Part shown: positions 1-9,837 of the stretch, piece after piece
How the letters are laid out: each line of letters begins with the position of its first letter
Numbering within the stretch: position 1 is the first letter of the stretch
From: an uncultured Actinomycetota bacterium
Lineage (GTDB): Bacteria; Actinomycetota; Actinomycetes; JAHEKZ01
Length of the DNA: 64,000 nucleotides
Direction: 5' to 3'
Assembly (NCBI GenBank): GCA_963829525.1
Contig: CAWHIJ010000003.1
Location: forward strand, 2,496,001-2,560,000
Position numbers and translations under genes: made by a program
Notes under the pieces: model-generated
Seen by the model: only the letters and a program-made list of their open reading frames with translations
The model's database searches: none
What the model was told of the DNA's origin: nothing

Positions 1-782
1 ACTTCGGAGTCGTGACTCACCTGCGGTACGCGCTGACGGAGGTTCCCGCGATGTTCGGCGGCCGCATGCGCTTCCGCGGCGGCGCCCTCCGCGACGCCAT
101 CCTCCGGACGTTCGAGGTCGAGGCTGCCGCGCCCGACGAGCTCGTCCTGGCGATCGTTGCGTGGCGCGACGAGGACGGCTCCCCGGCCATCTCGGTGAAC
201 GTCGGGTGGCGCGGCCACCCAGAAGGTGGCATGACTGCGGTTCGCGCGCTCACAACGCATCCGGCCTGCTACGAGACCGATCTCAAGCCGATGAACTGGC
301 TCCAGCAGCAGACCCTGTACCAGCCGATCCCATTCGGGCTCCGGCAGTACTGGAAGGGGCATCTCATCGGGCGGCTGGACGAATCGCTGGCCGACGCCTT
401 GATCTCGTCCGCATCGGAGGCGACGGATGAGTCGTTCGCGCTCGTCGAGCTCATCCACGGCAAGGCTCATCGCATTCCCGAGGCGCACGCCGCGTTCGGA
501 GGTCGGAGCGCCGTCGCGAATGCGACGGCCCTCGCAATCTGGGAGGACCCGGCCGGCGACGAGGCCGAGATAGCCTGGGCCCGCCGCTTTGCCGACCGGG
601 TTTCGCCGCTCTCCATCCGAGGCGGGGGTTACCTCAACTATGCAGAGCTGGACCAGACGGCGGCGCGCGTTGCGGCCGCCTATTCACCGGACTCGTGGGC
701 TCGACTTCAGCAGCTCAAGCGGCGCCTCGATCCCATGAACCGTTTCCGGTTCAATCCGAACATTCCACCCGAGGCTGCATGA
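1..782 (+). CDS. FAD-binding oxidoreductase with C-terminal berberine-bridge (BBE) domain, 5'-truncated by window edge
   Basis: C-terminal GGYLNY...RLQQLKRRLDPMNRFRFNPNI is the typical BBE ending; the reading frame appears to continue upstream of the window. Confidence 0.85.
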   Translation, partial: FGVVTHLRYALTEVPAMFGGRMRFRGGALRDAILRTFEVEAAAPDELVLAIVAWRDEDGSPAISVNVGWRGHPEGGMTAVRALTTHPACYETDLKPMNWLQQQTLYQPIPFGLRQYWKGHLIGRLDESLADALISSASEATDESFALVELIHGKAHRIPEAHAAFGGRSAVANATALAIWEDPAGDEAEIAWARRFADRVSPLSIRGGGYLNYAELDQTAARVAAAYSPDSWARLQQLKRRLDPMNRFRFNPNIPPEAA

Positions 783-1009
783 AGACGCGTCCTGCCCAGT
801 GATGCAACTTCGTTCCCGTGGCCCCCGGAGGTGGCCTGAGCCGACGGTCAACCTTCGTTGGGCCATTTCGCGTCCCACTCCCTTCGAGGTCGGGACTTAG
901 CCCGATCGCCCAGCAGGTCCGCGCCGCATAGCGCGGCCCAGTGAGCGAGCGCGAATGGCACCGATATTGCTCGCCCAGACGGCGTAGTTGGACCCTTCAG
1001 CGCACAAAC

Positions 1010-1040
1010 TGATGGGGTCCGACGGCGTCGGACCCCATCA
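1010..1040. terminator. Perfect inverted repeat / probable terminator
   Basis: tgatggggtccgac-ggc-gtcggaccccatca, 14-bp perfect stem followed by ttattt. Confidence 0.6.
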
Positions 1041-1084
1041 TTATTTCCGTGAACGGGTCACCGGGTACTCCGATAACCCCCCAA

Positions 1085-1105
1085 GTGGAGGTGGCGGGAA
1101 TCGAA
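1085..1105 (-). repeat. Displaced copy of tmRNA 3' end (att-like core)
   Basis: gtggaggtggcgggaatcgaa is identical to 4424-4444 (T-loop and acceptor 3' strand of tmRNA). Confidence 0.9.
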
Positions 1106-1117
1106 GCCTGCCGAACC

Positions 1118-1197
1118 GTCGGGACCCGTCGGATCCCATTGATTGCGAGCACAAGCCTTCGGGTTCCGTCGGGACCCTTCGGGTCCCTTTGGGTCCG
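1118..1197. repeat. Tandem degenerate 10-bp repeats next to the att core
   Basis: gtcgggaccc/gtcggatccc at 1118-1137 and ttcgggttcc/gtcgggaccc/ttcgggtccc/tttgggtccg at 1158-1197; another gtcgggaccc at 4326-4335. Confidence 0.7.
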
Positions 1198-1321
1198 GCT
1201 GTTGACGCGGTCAACACCCCCGTCAGCGCCCAGACAAGCGAGTCAGCAGTTCGCAGCTCGCGTCCAGGAGATCCCCGCCTCGGTACTATCTCCGTATGAC
1301 GAGCTGCCCTACGGGGCGAGG

Positions 1322-2278
1322 GTGAGGGCGTTCGTCTACGACCGTTACGGATCCCCCGACGTGCTCCACGTCGAGGATGTGCCACTACCCATCCCCGGCA
1401 CAAACAGCGTCCGGATGAGGGTCGCTGCGACATCGGTCAACCTCAGCGACTGGGAGTGCCTGACGGGTTCACCCGCCCACGCGCGGATCGGCGGGTTGCG
1501 TACTCCGGCTCACCGGACGCTGGGATCGGACATCGCCGGCGTGGTCGACAAGATCGGGCCTGACGTCACCCGCTTCCATCCCGGAGACGAGGTGTACGGC
1601 GACAACCTCGCGCTGAAGGGCGGGTTCGCCGAGTACGCGCTCGTGCCGGAATCCGCGCTGGCGCAGAAGCCGAGCCAACTCACGTTTGTTGAGGCGTCCG
1701 CCATCCCGCAGGCGGGCGCGATCAGCCTCCAGGGCACCAGATGTGTGGTGACCGGGAACCGTGTACTGATTAACGGCGCTGGCGGAGGTTCTGGATCCTT
1801 CGCGATTCAGCTGGCCAAGCGGCTCGGTGCGCACGTGACGGGAGTCGACAACGCCGCCAAGCAGGACTTCATGCGGTCGATGGGTGCCGACGACGTGATC
1901 GACTACGGCCGGGAAGACTTCACAGAAACGAACCAGCCGTACGACGTGGTCCTGGACCTCGTCGCTCATCGATCGGCGTTCGCTTACCGACGCGCGCTGG
2001 CACCCGGTGGCACGTATCGCTGCGTAGGGGGGTCGGTGGGCACGCTGCTGCGCGTACTCACCGTGGGCTCGGTCGTGGGGCGAGTCACCGGCCGCTCCAT
2101 CGGAGTGCTCGCGGTGAAGGAGGGGCCCGCCCAGTTCGAGCCGATTGCCGATCTGTGCGTTACCGGTGCGATGCGGATTCCCATCGACAGCACCTTCACC
2201 CTGGACGAGCTTCCCCTCGCTCTTGCGCGAGTCGGCGAGGGACTCGCCCTCGGCAAAGTCGTGGTCTGCATGTCGTGA
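1322..2278 (+). CDS. NAD(P)-dependent MDR-family (quinone) oxidoreductase
   Basis: GTG start RAFVYDRYGSPDVL; GSDIAG; VLINGAGGGSGSFAIQLAK nucleotide-binding motif; GKVVV end. Confidence 0.9.
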   Translation: MRAFVYDRYGSPDVLHVEDVPLPIPGTNSVRMRVAATSVNLSDWECLTGSPAHARIGGLRTPAHRTLGSDIAGVVDKIGPDVTRFHPGDEVYGDNLALKGGFAEYALVPESALAQKPSQLTFVEASAIPQAGAISLQGTRCVVTGNRVLINGAGGGSGSFAIQLAKRLGAHVTGVDNAAKQDFMRSMGADDVIDYGREDFTETNQPYDVVLDLVAHRSAFAYRRALAPGGTYRCVGGSVGTLLRVLTVGSVVGRVTGRSIGVLAVKEGPAQFEPIADLCVTGAMRIPIDSTFTLDELPLALARVGEGLALGKVVVCMS

Positions 2279-2450
2279 TGCGACGCGAACGCCCTGACCC
2301 GACAGGCCACCAGCGCTCTGACATGCCTGGTTCGGTGATGACCGTCAGCCAAATCGTCACGCTGTTCGTCGCTCGTGCAACCCTGCACTACGGCGGTCGC
2401 CAGACACGGGTGCGGTCCGACGTCGCATTGGGACCGAAGGGCGCGGATCG

Positions 2451-3485
2451 TCAGATCGTGATGACGAGCTTGCCGCGGACCTGGCCGGAGGCGAGCTGCC
2501 GCATGGCCTCCGGAGCCTCGCTGAGCGGGTAGGTGCGCTCCACGGTGGGAACGAGCGCGCCTTCCTCGACCAGGGCGGCGAGGCGCTCGAGGAACGAGTA
2601 GTGCTCCTTGGGCGGCACGAGCGCCATGCGCTGGCCGACGAACGGTGAGACAACCAGGGCTCGTAACTGGCGGTCCATGCCGCCGGTGAGCCGTCCGCCA
2701 TCTTCGCCGCCAACGATGACAGCCGTCCCGTCCGGGGTGAGCGCCCTGCGCAGGCGTGAGACCGACGGGTTGCCGGCGATGTCGATGATGACGTCGTAGG
2801 TCGTGCTCCCATCGGCGAAGTCGTCGCGGGCGTAGTCGAGGACGTGGACGGCGCCGAGGGAGCGCACGAGGTCGGCCTTGGACGCGCTGCACACTCCGGT
2901 GACCTCCGCGCCGAGCGCCGTGGCGATCTGGACGGCGTAGCTCCCGACGCCGCCGGAGGCGCCGAGGACAAGGACCTTCTGCCCCGCTTCCACCCGGCCG
3001 ACGTCGGTGACCGCCCGAAGCGCGGTCGACCCCGAGACACCCAGTGCCGCCGCCTGCTCGAAGGGGAGATTCGAGGGCTTGTGCGCGAGCTTGTCCTCGC
3101 GGACGGCTGCGAACTCGGCGTACGTGCCCTTGCCGATGCCGAACACATCGTCGCCGATCTTGAAACGCGTGACCCCGGTGCCGACCGCCACGACCGTGCC
3201 GGCCAGGTCGATCCCGGGGACCGCAGTCTTCGGCCCACGGAACCCAAGAGCGAGCCGCATGGCGTACGGCGTCCCGGTCATGAGGTGCCACGTGCCGCGG
3301 TCAAGGCCAGCCGCGCTCACCTTGACTAGCACCTGGCCCGCCTCGATCACTGGATGGGGGACCTCGTCGATCGTCCACGTGTCCGCCGTCCCGTACACGC
3401 TCTGGGTGATCGCGCGCATGGTCCGGGCCGGCATCGGCACCGGTGATGCGGCGTGGTTGGTGCTGCGGGGTGCTGAGGTCGTCAT
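2451..3485 (-). CDS. NAD(P)-dependent MDR-family (quinone) oxidoreductase
   Basis: PGIDLAG, VLVLGASGGVGSYAVQIA, RGKLVITI. Confidence 0.9.
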   Translation of the reverse strand: MTTSAPRSTNHAASPVPMPARTMRAITQSVYGTADTWTIDEVPHPVIEAGQVLVKVSAAGLDRGTWHLMTGTPYAMRLALGFRGPKTAVPGIDLAGTVVAVGTGVTRFKIGDDVFGIGKGTYAEFAAVREDKLAHKPSNLPFEQAAALGVSGSTALRAVTDVGRVEAGQKVLVLGASGGVGSYAVQIATALGAEVTGVCSASKADLVRSLGAVHVLDYARDDFADGSTTYDVIIDIAGNPSVSRLRRALTPDGTAVIVGGEDGGRLTGGMDRQLRALVVSPFVGQRMALVPPKEHYSFLERLAALVEEGALVPTVERTYPLSEAPEAMRQLASGQVRGKLVITI

Positions 3486-3527
3486 GTCGGGTCCCTTGAG
3501 TCGGTGAGCCCGGTCGGACTCCGCGTG

Positions 3528-3575
3528 CCTTACGGTGTAAGGTATTGCATGACACTGTAGTCGTACGTTGTAAGG
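3528..3575. promoter_or_regulatory. Probable TetR operators in the divergent intergenic region
   Basis: Near-palindrome ccttac-ggt-gtaagg (3528-3542) and related cgtac-gtt-gtaagg (3562-3575). Confidence 0.65.
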
Positions 3576-3623
3576 TTGTCAACGTCGAGCGGGCACACGG
3601 ACACGAGGCGGCGAGCGAGAGAC

Positions 3624-4322
3624 ATGGCGCGACAAGCGACGGGCAAGGCCCGCAAGACCCGCGAGCCGCTGACCCGGGACCGTGCGTTGAAGGCCGCGGT
3701 GGCCATCGCGGACGCAGAGGGCATCTCCGCGCTGACCATGCGCCGGTTGGCGACCGAGCTGGGGGTCGAGGCCATGTCCCTCTACCACCACGTTGCAAAC
3801 AAGGACGAGATCCTCGACGGCATCACCGACCTGGTGGTCAGCGAGATCGAGGTGCCTGCGAGCGGGACGGACTGGCGAACCGCCATGCGCGATCGCGCGA
3901 TCTCCGCGCACGAGGTCCTGGTGGCCCATCCCTGGTCCGCGATGCTGATCATGTCCCGGTTCAACATCGGTCCCGGCATGACCCGCTATCTGGATGCGAC
4001 CCTCGGGCGCCTGCGCGAAGGCGGGTTCTCGATCCATGGGGCCCTTGACGCCTGGCACACCCTCGACAGCCACATCTTCGGCTTCACCCTGCAGGAGCTC
4101 CAGCTCCCGTTCGACGCCGCGGACAACGCACAGGTGTCAGCCGACGCCATCGAGCTGTTCGACCCCATCCAGTTTCCCTACGTCATCGAGGTCGTCACCG
4201 AGATCAGCCAGACTGGTCGGGTCGAGCACTTCGAGTTCGGGCTCGACCTGATCCTCGACGGCCTGGAGCGAACCCTCGAACGCGAAGTCGTCGCAGGGAG
4301 GCGCCGCAAGCCGCGCAGCTGA
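3624..4322 (+). CDS. TetR/AcrR family regulator (TetR_C type)
   Basis: LTMRRLATELGVEAMSLYHHVANK HTH; FEFGLDLILDGL C-terminus. Confidence 0.93.
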   Translation: MARQATGKARKTREPLTRDRALKAAVAIADAEGISALTMRRLATELGVEAMSLYHHVANKDEILDGITDLVVSEIEVPASGTDWRTAMRDRAISAHEVLVAHPWSAMLIMSRFNIGPGMTRYLDATLGRLREGGFSIHGALDAWHTLDSHIFGFTLQELQLPFDAADNAQVSADAIELFDPIQFPYVIEVVTEISQTGRVEHFEFGLDLILDGLERTLEREVVAGRRRKPRS

Positions 4323-4356
4323 CGCGTCGGGACCCCGAATCGATGCCACGAAGCGA

Positions 4357-4392
4357 GAGGGTGGCCATCCGTTTCAACGGATAGCCACCCTC
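4357..4392 (-). terminator. Hairpin between converging tetR and ssrA
   Basis: gagggtggccatccgtt/aacggatagccaccctc; the single mismatch is a G-U pair on the minus strand. Confidence 0.7.
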
Positions 4393-4424
4393 AACATCTC
4401 CTGCGTTTCCGCATGTAACAGGGG

Positions 4425-4793
4425 TGGAGGTGGCGGGAATCGAACCCGCGTCCTTTGTCGTCCATACAGGGCTTCTCCGGGTGCAGCCTGCTGTGATTTT
4501 CTCGGCCCCGGCAGTCCCACAGGCAAGCTGTCGACGGGCTCAGTCACTGTTTGATGTTCCCGCGGGCCCCGTGACCGGGCTCTTGGGTTGAGCTTCCTAG
4601 TCGACGCCAGACACCGGATCGGAAGCACTTCCGGGCTGACGGATCTTCAGCTTCGCTTAGGCAGCGAGAGTGAGATCAGTGCGCGATGTATTGGCACTTA
4701 TTGGTTTCCAAGGAATGGTTAACGAGATCATCCAAGGCATCCTCGACCCGCTTCCCCTGGACAGTACGTCCAAAGTCGAAACCTTTCACCCCC
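4425..4793 (-). ncRNA. ssrA: tmRNA
   Basis: 5' GGGGGTGAAAGGTTTCGAC pairs with 3' CACCTCCA with an alanine-identity G3-U pair; GGTTCGATTCC T-arm; tag ORF 4695-4657 reads ANTSRTDLTLAA*; TAGAAT -10 box at 4811-4816. Confidence 0.97.
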
Positions 4794-4864
4794 TGTGCAG
4801 TTGTCCCGCCATTCTACGGGGTCAACGCTCCTAGGTCATCTTCGATTCCGGCGGGTCAGCCGGT

Positions 4865-5305
4865 TCACTGCTCAAGGAGCTCTGCGAGGCTTCCCAGATT
4901 CGCGCGGACGGTCCTGGCGAGCGCGCTGGTGACGAGGGGGTCGGACATCTTTCCGAAGACTCCAGCCAGACCCGACTCAGCTTCGATACGGTAGGTGAAC
5001 CGGGTGCCTTCGGCGGTGGGCTCAAGCTTGCTGGTAGCCGAGAACTTCAGCTTGCCGCCGACCGTCGAGTAGGTCGCTAGAGCATCCGGTTCGAAGGCGG
5101 TCACTTCCGACGTCCAGTCCAGACGCTTCCCCAGCAACTTGCTCACGCCTTTGGTGCGCGTTCCCAGCCCTGGTTCACCGCTTCCGATCTGCTCGGCCTC
5201 AATAGTCATCGAGTCCCAGATCGGCAGGTTCTCGGCATTCACGACGTAGGCGAACACTTCGTGGGGCGAGCGGGCAATCACGACGCTCTCTTCGACAACC
5301 GGCAT
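4865..5305 (-). CDS. SRPBCC (polyketide cyclase/START-like) family protein
   Basis: ESVVIARSPHEVFAYV...NLPIWD; EVTAFEP; C-terminal helix NLGSLAELLE. Confidence 0.85.
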   Translation of the reverse strand: MPVVEESVVIARSPHEVFAYVVNAENLPIWDSMTIEAEQIGSGEPGLGTRTKGVSKLLGKRLDWTSEVTAFEPDALATYSTVGGKLKFSATSKLEPTAEGTRFTYRIEAESGLAGVFGKMSDPLVTSALARTVRANLGSLAELLEQ

Positions 5306-5458
5306 GGGGCACCTCCCTAGGGGGGCGCGGCTCGCCCCGCGACTGCACGATGCCTCAGCCGGCGTCCCTAAATCGTTACGGCGAATCAGGATCTGGCAAG
5401 TGCCTGCGCAACTGCGTTCCGGCCACCCGTCCCGTGCACTCCCCCACCGAACGACAGC

Positions 5459-5902
5459 TCAACGCTCCCCCGTCACATGTGATTCCGCGGGCAGAAACAG
5501 CCCCAGACGGTCCAGTCCGGTCCGTAGGGCAGCGGCGAAGCGTTCAACACTGCCTACAGACCCCTCCACCGCATCCTCGTCGAGCACCAGCACCAGGCGC
5601 GGCAAGGCGACTCCCGGTTCCCGAACTCGGGCCAGCACGATCGGCGACCTGTCTCCTACCGCCGCTACCACGTGGGCGGAGCGCTCGTTGAGGTGGAGCA
5701 ACTCAAAGGGGATACCCAGGTCGAAGACCATGGCATCCCACGCATGCTTGCGGCGGACTCCTGAGTGGGTGACATCGCACAGCCCACAGTGAGCAGTGCC
5801 GCGCATCTTGCCAACCAAGTAGGTCAACTCACCGCGAAGGCCCCCATCGGCCCGGTAGACACCGACGAAGCTCTCGACAAAAGCGCGCCGGTCGGATTCC
5901 AT
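5459..5902 (-). CDS. Conserved hypothetical protein with CxxC motif
   Basis: GVYRADGG...HCGLCDVTH...FELLHLNE; ATG at 5902. Confidence 0.65.
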   Translation of the reverse strand: MESDRRAFVESFVGVYRADGGLRGELTYLVGKMRGTAHCGLCDVTHSGVRRKHAWDAMVFDLGIPFELLHLNERSAHVVAAVGDRSPIVLARVREPGVALPRLVLVLDEDAVEGSVGSVERFAAALRTGLDRLGLFLPAESHVTGER

Positions 5903-5979
5903 GCGTTCACCCTGACGCACATCAGGAACCGAGGCCAGCTGGCGTTCTACCGTGGACGCCATCAGGTCGACGTGGAGTC

Positions 5980-7395
5980 CTACGCCCTGGCGAGGACCTG
6001 CGCGGCCGCGTTCCAACCACCCATACCGTGCACTCCCCCGCCGGGGGGCGTCGACGACGAGCACATGAAGAGGCCGGGAACCGGCGTCGCCCAAGGAGAT
6101 CTAGACAACACCGGTCGCGCGATGAACTGCCGCCAGTCCGATGCCCCACCAGCGATGTCGCCGCCCACCTCGTTGGCGTTATGCGCCTCCAGGGCAGCTG
6201 TGTCCATCGTGTGGCGAGCCAGGATCCGATCCTTGAAGCCGGGTGCGAACCGCTCGATCTGCGCTTCGATCCGGTCTGTCATGTCGACCCGTGAGCCGTT
6301 CGGTACATGGCAGTACGCCCAGCCGGTGTGCTTGCCAGTGGGAGCTCTCGACGAGTCGGCCGTGCTCGCTTGGACGAACAGCACATACGGATGATCGGGA
6401 TGCTCACCTGCCGCCGTGGCCTTCTCGCTGAGAGCTACTTCGTCTGCCGTGCCGCAGACATGAACGGTGCCGGCACCTGCAAGGCGCTCATCGCCCCAGG
6501 GCACGGGACCATCCAACGCCCAGTCGACCTTGAACACCCCCGGTCCATACCGAAAGGCCTCGAGGCGCTTTCGATAACCAGTTGGCAGGACCTCCCGAGC
6601 AACCTCGGTCACCTGCCGTGGTGTGAGATCGAGGACGACGGTGGACTCCTTCAGCAGGTCAGTCACCGAGGTCACCCGCTGGCCGGTCACCACTTCGCCG
6701 CCCAGCGAGCGCAAGCGCGACACTAGGGCGTCGGCAATGCTCTGCGAGCCACCAACAGCCACCGGCCAGCCGACGGTGTGCGCGAGGCCTCCGAGGAGCA
6801 TGCCGAAGCCGGCCGTTGTCAGCGAGTTCAGCGACAACATCGAGTGAGCGGCCAGCCCGGCCAAGAGCGCGCGAGCTGGCTCCTCGCGGAAAGCCGCTCG
6901 CCCAACCCACCGTTCTGGCCAGGCTCCGACGCTGCCGTAGGCCGCCAGCGCCAGCGGCGCCTTGGGAGGGAAGTCCAGTGGTGACAGCAGACCATCGACC
7001 AAGGGCTCCCCACCACGGGCCACACCGCCAACGATCCGTCCCCAGGCAGCGCCGTCGCGGCCAAGCTCTGCAGCGGTACGATCGAGATCTTGGTAGACGA
7101 CTCCAGCGGTGTACTGGTCCACCGGATGTCCGAAGGCCGCTGCGGGTTGAGCAAACTCCAGACCATCACGTGCGAGGTCAATGGCTCGAAACGCCGGCGA
7201 CGCCAGCGCCAATGGGTGGACGCTTGAGCAGACGTCGTGGCGGAATCCGGGAAGGGTCAGCTCCTCGGTCCGCAGCCCTCCTCCCACCTGATCCGCCGCC
7301 TCGAGGACTGCCACCTTCTGACCAGCTTCAGCTAAGCGAATAGCCGCGACGAGACCGTTCGGGCCGGAACCGACCACAACGGTGTCAACGCCCAT
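5980..7395 (-). CDS. Phytoene-dehydrogenase-like NAD(P)/FAD oxidoreductase
   Basis: VVVGSGPNGLVAA FAD motif; HDVCSSVHP; STPPGGGVHGMGGWNAA. Confidence 0.9.
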   Translation of the reverse strand: MGVDTVVVGSGPNGLVAAIRLAEAGQKVAVLEAADQVGGGLRTEELTLPGFRHDVCSSVHPLALASPAFRAIDLARDGLEFAQPAAAFGHPVDQYTAGVVYQDLDRTAAELGRDGAAWGRIVGGVARGGEPLVDGLLSPLDFPPKAPLALAAYGSVGAWPERWVGRAAFREEPARALLAGLAAHSMLSLNSLTTAGFGMLLGGLAHTVGWPVAVGGSQSIADALVSRLRSLGGEVVTGQRVTSVTDLLKESTVVLDLTPRQVTEVAREVLPTGYRKRLEAFRYGPGVFKVDWALDGPVPWGDERLAGAGTVHVCGTADEVALSEKATAAGEHPDHPYVLFVQASTADSSRAPTGKHTGWAYCHVPNGSRVDMTDRIEAQIERFAPGFKDRILARHTMDTAALEAHNANEVGGDIAGGASDWRQFIARPVLSRSPWATPVPGLFMCSSSTPPGGGVHGMGGWNAAAQVLARA

Positions 7396-7444
7396 GCTCA
7401 ATGGTCATCCTCACGTTGTCTCAGGCATCGGCCTGACACGCGAA

Positions 7445-8656
7445 TCATCTCTCTCGCAACCAAAGGCCGGCCACTGAGGGTTGCATGGTGCGGCTCAGCA
7501 ACGCCAGTAGGTCTTGGGAGACGATATCCGGCTCGACCCGGTCGCGCAGTCGACGGGCGAACGACTGCACTGTCTGCTCTGCGTCATAGCGCGACCGGTT
7601 GAAGCGTCGATCAACGATGGCCCGCGTACGGACGAGCACCGGTCGGAAGGCGGCCGCCGCAGTGAGCGTGGCAACCGCGACGGACATCTGGTTGGGCAGT
7701 TGAAAGAGCGATGTTGCCACAGACACGATTCCGACGTAGACGGCGACAACGACTCCCGTCACTACGGCGTATGACGTTGTACGACTGACGACCTTGTCTA
7801 TGTCGTACAGGCGATGCCGCAGAACCGCGACGGCAATTCCCGCGGGAAGCGCAACTCCGGCCATCGACCACAACAGGCTGCCGTGCAGCACTCCGTCTGC
7901 GCTATTGATCGCGGCCAGTGCCCACTCAGGCAACTGAGCGGCGACCAGGATCAGCAGTGGCCCTGCGAGCCCGCCGGCCGCGACCCACATCACCTGCTGA
8001 CGCTCGAGGCCTTTGGCTCGGTACCAGCGGAGACCAAGGCAAAGTGGGGCGGCGACTAGCCCGAGCGTCACTAATGATCCCAGGCCCGTAAGGAACCCGT
8101 TGACCACCGACGCCACACCTGTCGGCTCGATGCCGGCGTCCTGCTCCTCTCGGAAGATCATCGCGTCGAGGGCCGCACTGACCACGCTGATCGCGGTCAG
8201 CCAGATCACCCACCGCCACCGTCGGGAAAGCGGACGACCCGTTGGCGCCAGCAGCAGGAGCACCACGACTCCCCCCACGAAGAGCACCTGGCAGGCGGAG
8301 GTGCCGGCGTACAACCAGTGCCCCGCTGATTCCGACAAGCTCAACTGGGCACTCGATGCGTCGACGGAACCGAACAGCCCTTGGAGTGCTCCGATCACGC
8401 CCACGACCAGCATCAGTGTGCCTAGCCGATTCCCTCTGTCGCGCGAGACGATCAGGTATCCCATCGCCCCGTAGCTGATTGCGCCGACACCAGTTTCGAG
8501 CCAGGTCTGGAAGGGTTCTGGCACTCCGCTGCGGTATTGCCAACCGGTCAGCAAGCTGGTGACGGTGACGCAACCTACGATCACGATCAAGGCGGTCAAT
8601 GCCGCAGGCGAAGGAACTCCCTCCGACTTCTTCTCCGGACGCGTCGGCGCGTTCAC
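7445..8656 (-). CDS. Multi-pass membrane sensor-like protein, paralog P1
   Basis: Many hydrophobic segments; RHRLYDID, VDRRFNR..YDA, TMQPSVAGLWLR; GTG start overlaps the P2 stop (GTGA). Confidence 0.85.
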   Translation of the reverse strand: MNAPTRPEKKSEGVPSPAALTALIVIVGCVTVTSLLTGWQYRSGVPEPFQTWLETGVGAISYGAMGYLIVSRDRGNRLGTLMLVVGVIGALQGLFGSVDASSAQLSLSESAGHWLYAGTSACQVLFVGGVVVLLLLAPTGRPLSRRWRWVIWLTAISVVSAALDAMIFREEQDAGIEPTGVASVVNGFLTGLGSLVTLGLVAAPLCLGLRWYRAKGLERQQVMWVAAGGLAGPLLILVAAQLPEWALAAINSADGVLHGSLLWSMAGVALPAGIAVAVLRHRLYDIDKVVSRTTSYAVVTGVVVAVYVGIVSVATSLFQLPNQMSVAVATLTAAAAFRPVLVRTRAIVDRRFNRSRYDAEQTVQSFARRLRDRVEPDIVSQDLLALLSRTMQPSVAGLWLRER

Positions 8657-9837
8657 GCCCGTCCTCCGGCAACCCACAGTCCCACACGTGATGGCTGCAG
8701 AGTCTTGTCCAGGATTCCCAGCACCTCTTCGGTGACCACGTCTGTGTCGACCTCGCGGGCAAGACGTTCGCTGAAGGCATGGACCGTGTTCTCTGCGTCA
8801 TATCGCGTCCGGTCAAAGCGACGATCCACCCTGGTCTGAGTCCACCGTAGAGCTGGTCGAAACACCGCGGCTGCCACCAGCGTTGCCAATGCGACCGGAA
8901 GCGTGTCCGAGACAGGCATGACGGCGCTAGCGGCAGCGACGACGACGAGATAGACCACAACCACGAGCGCTGTTACCAAAGCGTAGGACGTCGACCGGCT
9001 GATGATGCGGTCAATGTCATAAAGGTGGTAGCGAAGTATCGCTACCCCCACCGACAACGGGAGCAGCGACAGCACCACTGCCAACAGAACCGTGTCGCTT
9101 GCCGACCAGTTGGTGGACAGGGCCTGCACCATGAAGAGCGCCATCACAACACCTGCAAGAACAAGCCACTTGATCTGAGACTGCTCCCGGACATTCCCGC
9201 GACGGAAACGCACAGCCAGGGACCAGACCGAGAGCGCCATCGCGGCTATGAAACCAAGGGCCAGGAACTCAAGAGACTGGATGAATCCTGCGAGCCAGTC
9301 GGGTGCGTACGGATTTGGCTTCGATAGGCCAGCTGCATCGGTGTACTCCGCGTTTGAGAAGGCCACCACCAAGCTCCACGTCACTGCAACGACACCCGAG
9401 CCCCAGGCCACGGGCCGCCACCGCCGGCTCAGCAGGTGACCATCCGGGAAGAGCAGGAAGGGAAAGGTCAGCATCACACACAAGAACGGCGCCCAGGTCC
9501 AGTTGCCGAACCACTCCGCCGCGATCCCACCGAAGCCGCCAGGCCTCACGACCGTGGCCCAGGCGACGTAGCCATTTACGGCAACGCCAAGAGCAAGCCA
9601 GAGTCCGCATCCAAGGAAGATCCATCCGATGGGGTTGTCTCGACGCTTGGTGGAAATAAGTAGTCCGACGGATCCGATGGCCAGAGCCGGAAGCCCAAGT
9701 GGAAGCGAACTGAGCGTTTCGCTCCACCCCATCGTGCGAGCGTTGATGACTGTCATTGAAGCGCCCACGAGGAGGAGCACCACCGTCAGCATCCAAAGCA
9801 CCCGCGCCAGGACAGTCACCCATCGGGCCCGATTCAT
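8653..9837 (-). CDS. Multi-pass membrane sensor-like protein, paralog P2
   Basis: NPIGW, LLFPDGHLLSRRWR, QIKW, RYHLYDID, TLQPSRVGLW. Confidence 0.87.
   Translation of the reverse strand: MNRARWVTVLARVLWMLTVVLLLVGASMTVINARTMGWSETLSSLPLGLPALAIGSVGLLISTKRRDNPIGWIFLGCGLWLALGVAVNGYVAWATVVRPGGFGGIAAEWFGNWTWAPFLCVMLTFPFLLFPDGHLLSRRWRPVAWGSGVVAVTWSLVVAFSNAEYTDAAGLSKPNPYAPDWLAGFIQSLEFLALGFIAAMALSVWSLAVRFRRGNVREQSQIKWLVLAGVVMALFMVQALSTNWSASDTVLLAVVLSLLPLSVGVAILRYHLYDIDRIISRSTSYALVTALVVVVYLVVVAAASAVMPVSDTLPVALATLVAAAVFRPALRWTQTRVDRRFDRTRYDAENTVHAFSERLAREVDTDVVTEEVLGILDKTLQPSRVGLWVAGGRA

Larger units (their letters stand above)
1085..4444. mobile_element. Small genomic island remnant integrated at the ssrA 3' end; no integrase
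   Basis: Flanked by 21-bp direct repeats of the tmRNA 3' end; cargo is two MDR oxidoreductases plus TetR. Confidence 0.7.

Noticed and set aside
1118-1197. CRISPR array
   Set aside because: Units are 10 bp, contiguous and without spacers; no cas genes.
1984-3291. Long alternative-frame and antisense ORFs (here and e.g. 16816-18087, 47012-47974)
   Set aside because: Arg/Pro/Ser-rich shadow frames expected from high-GC codon bias over real genes.
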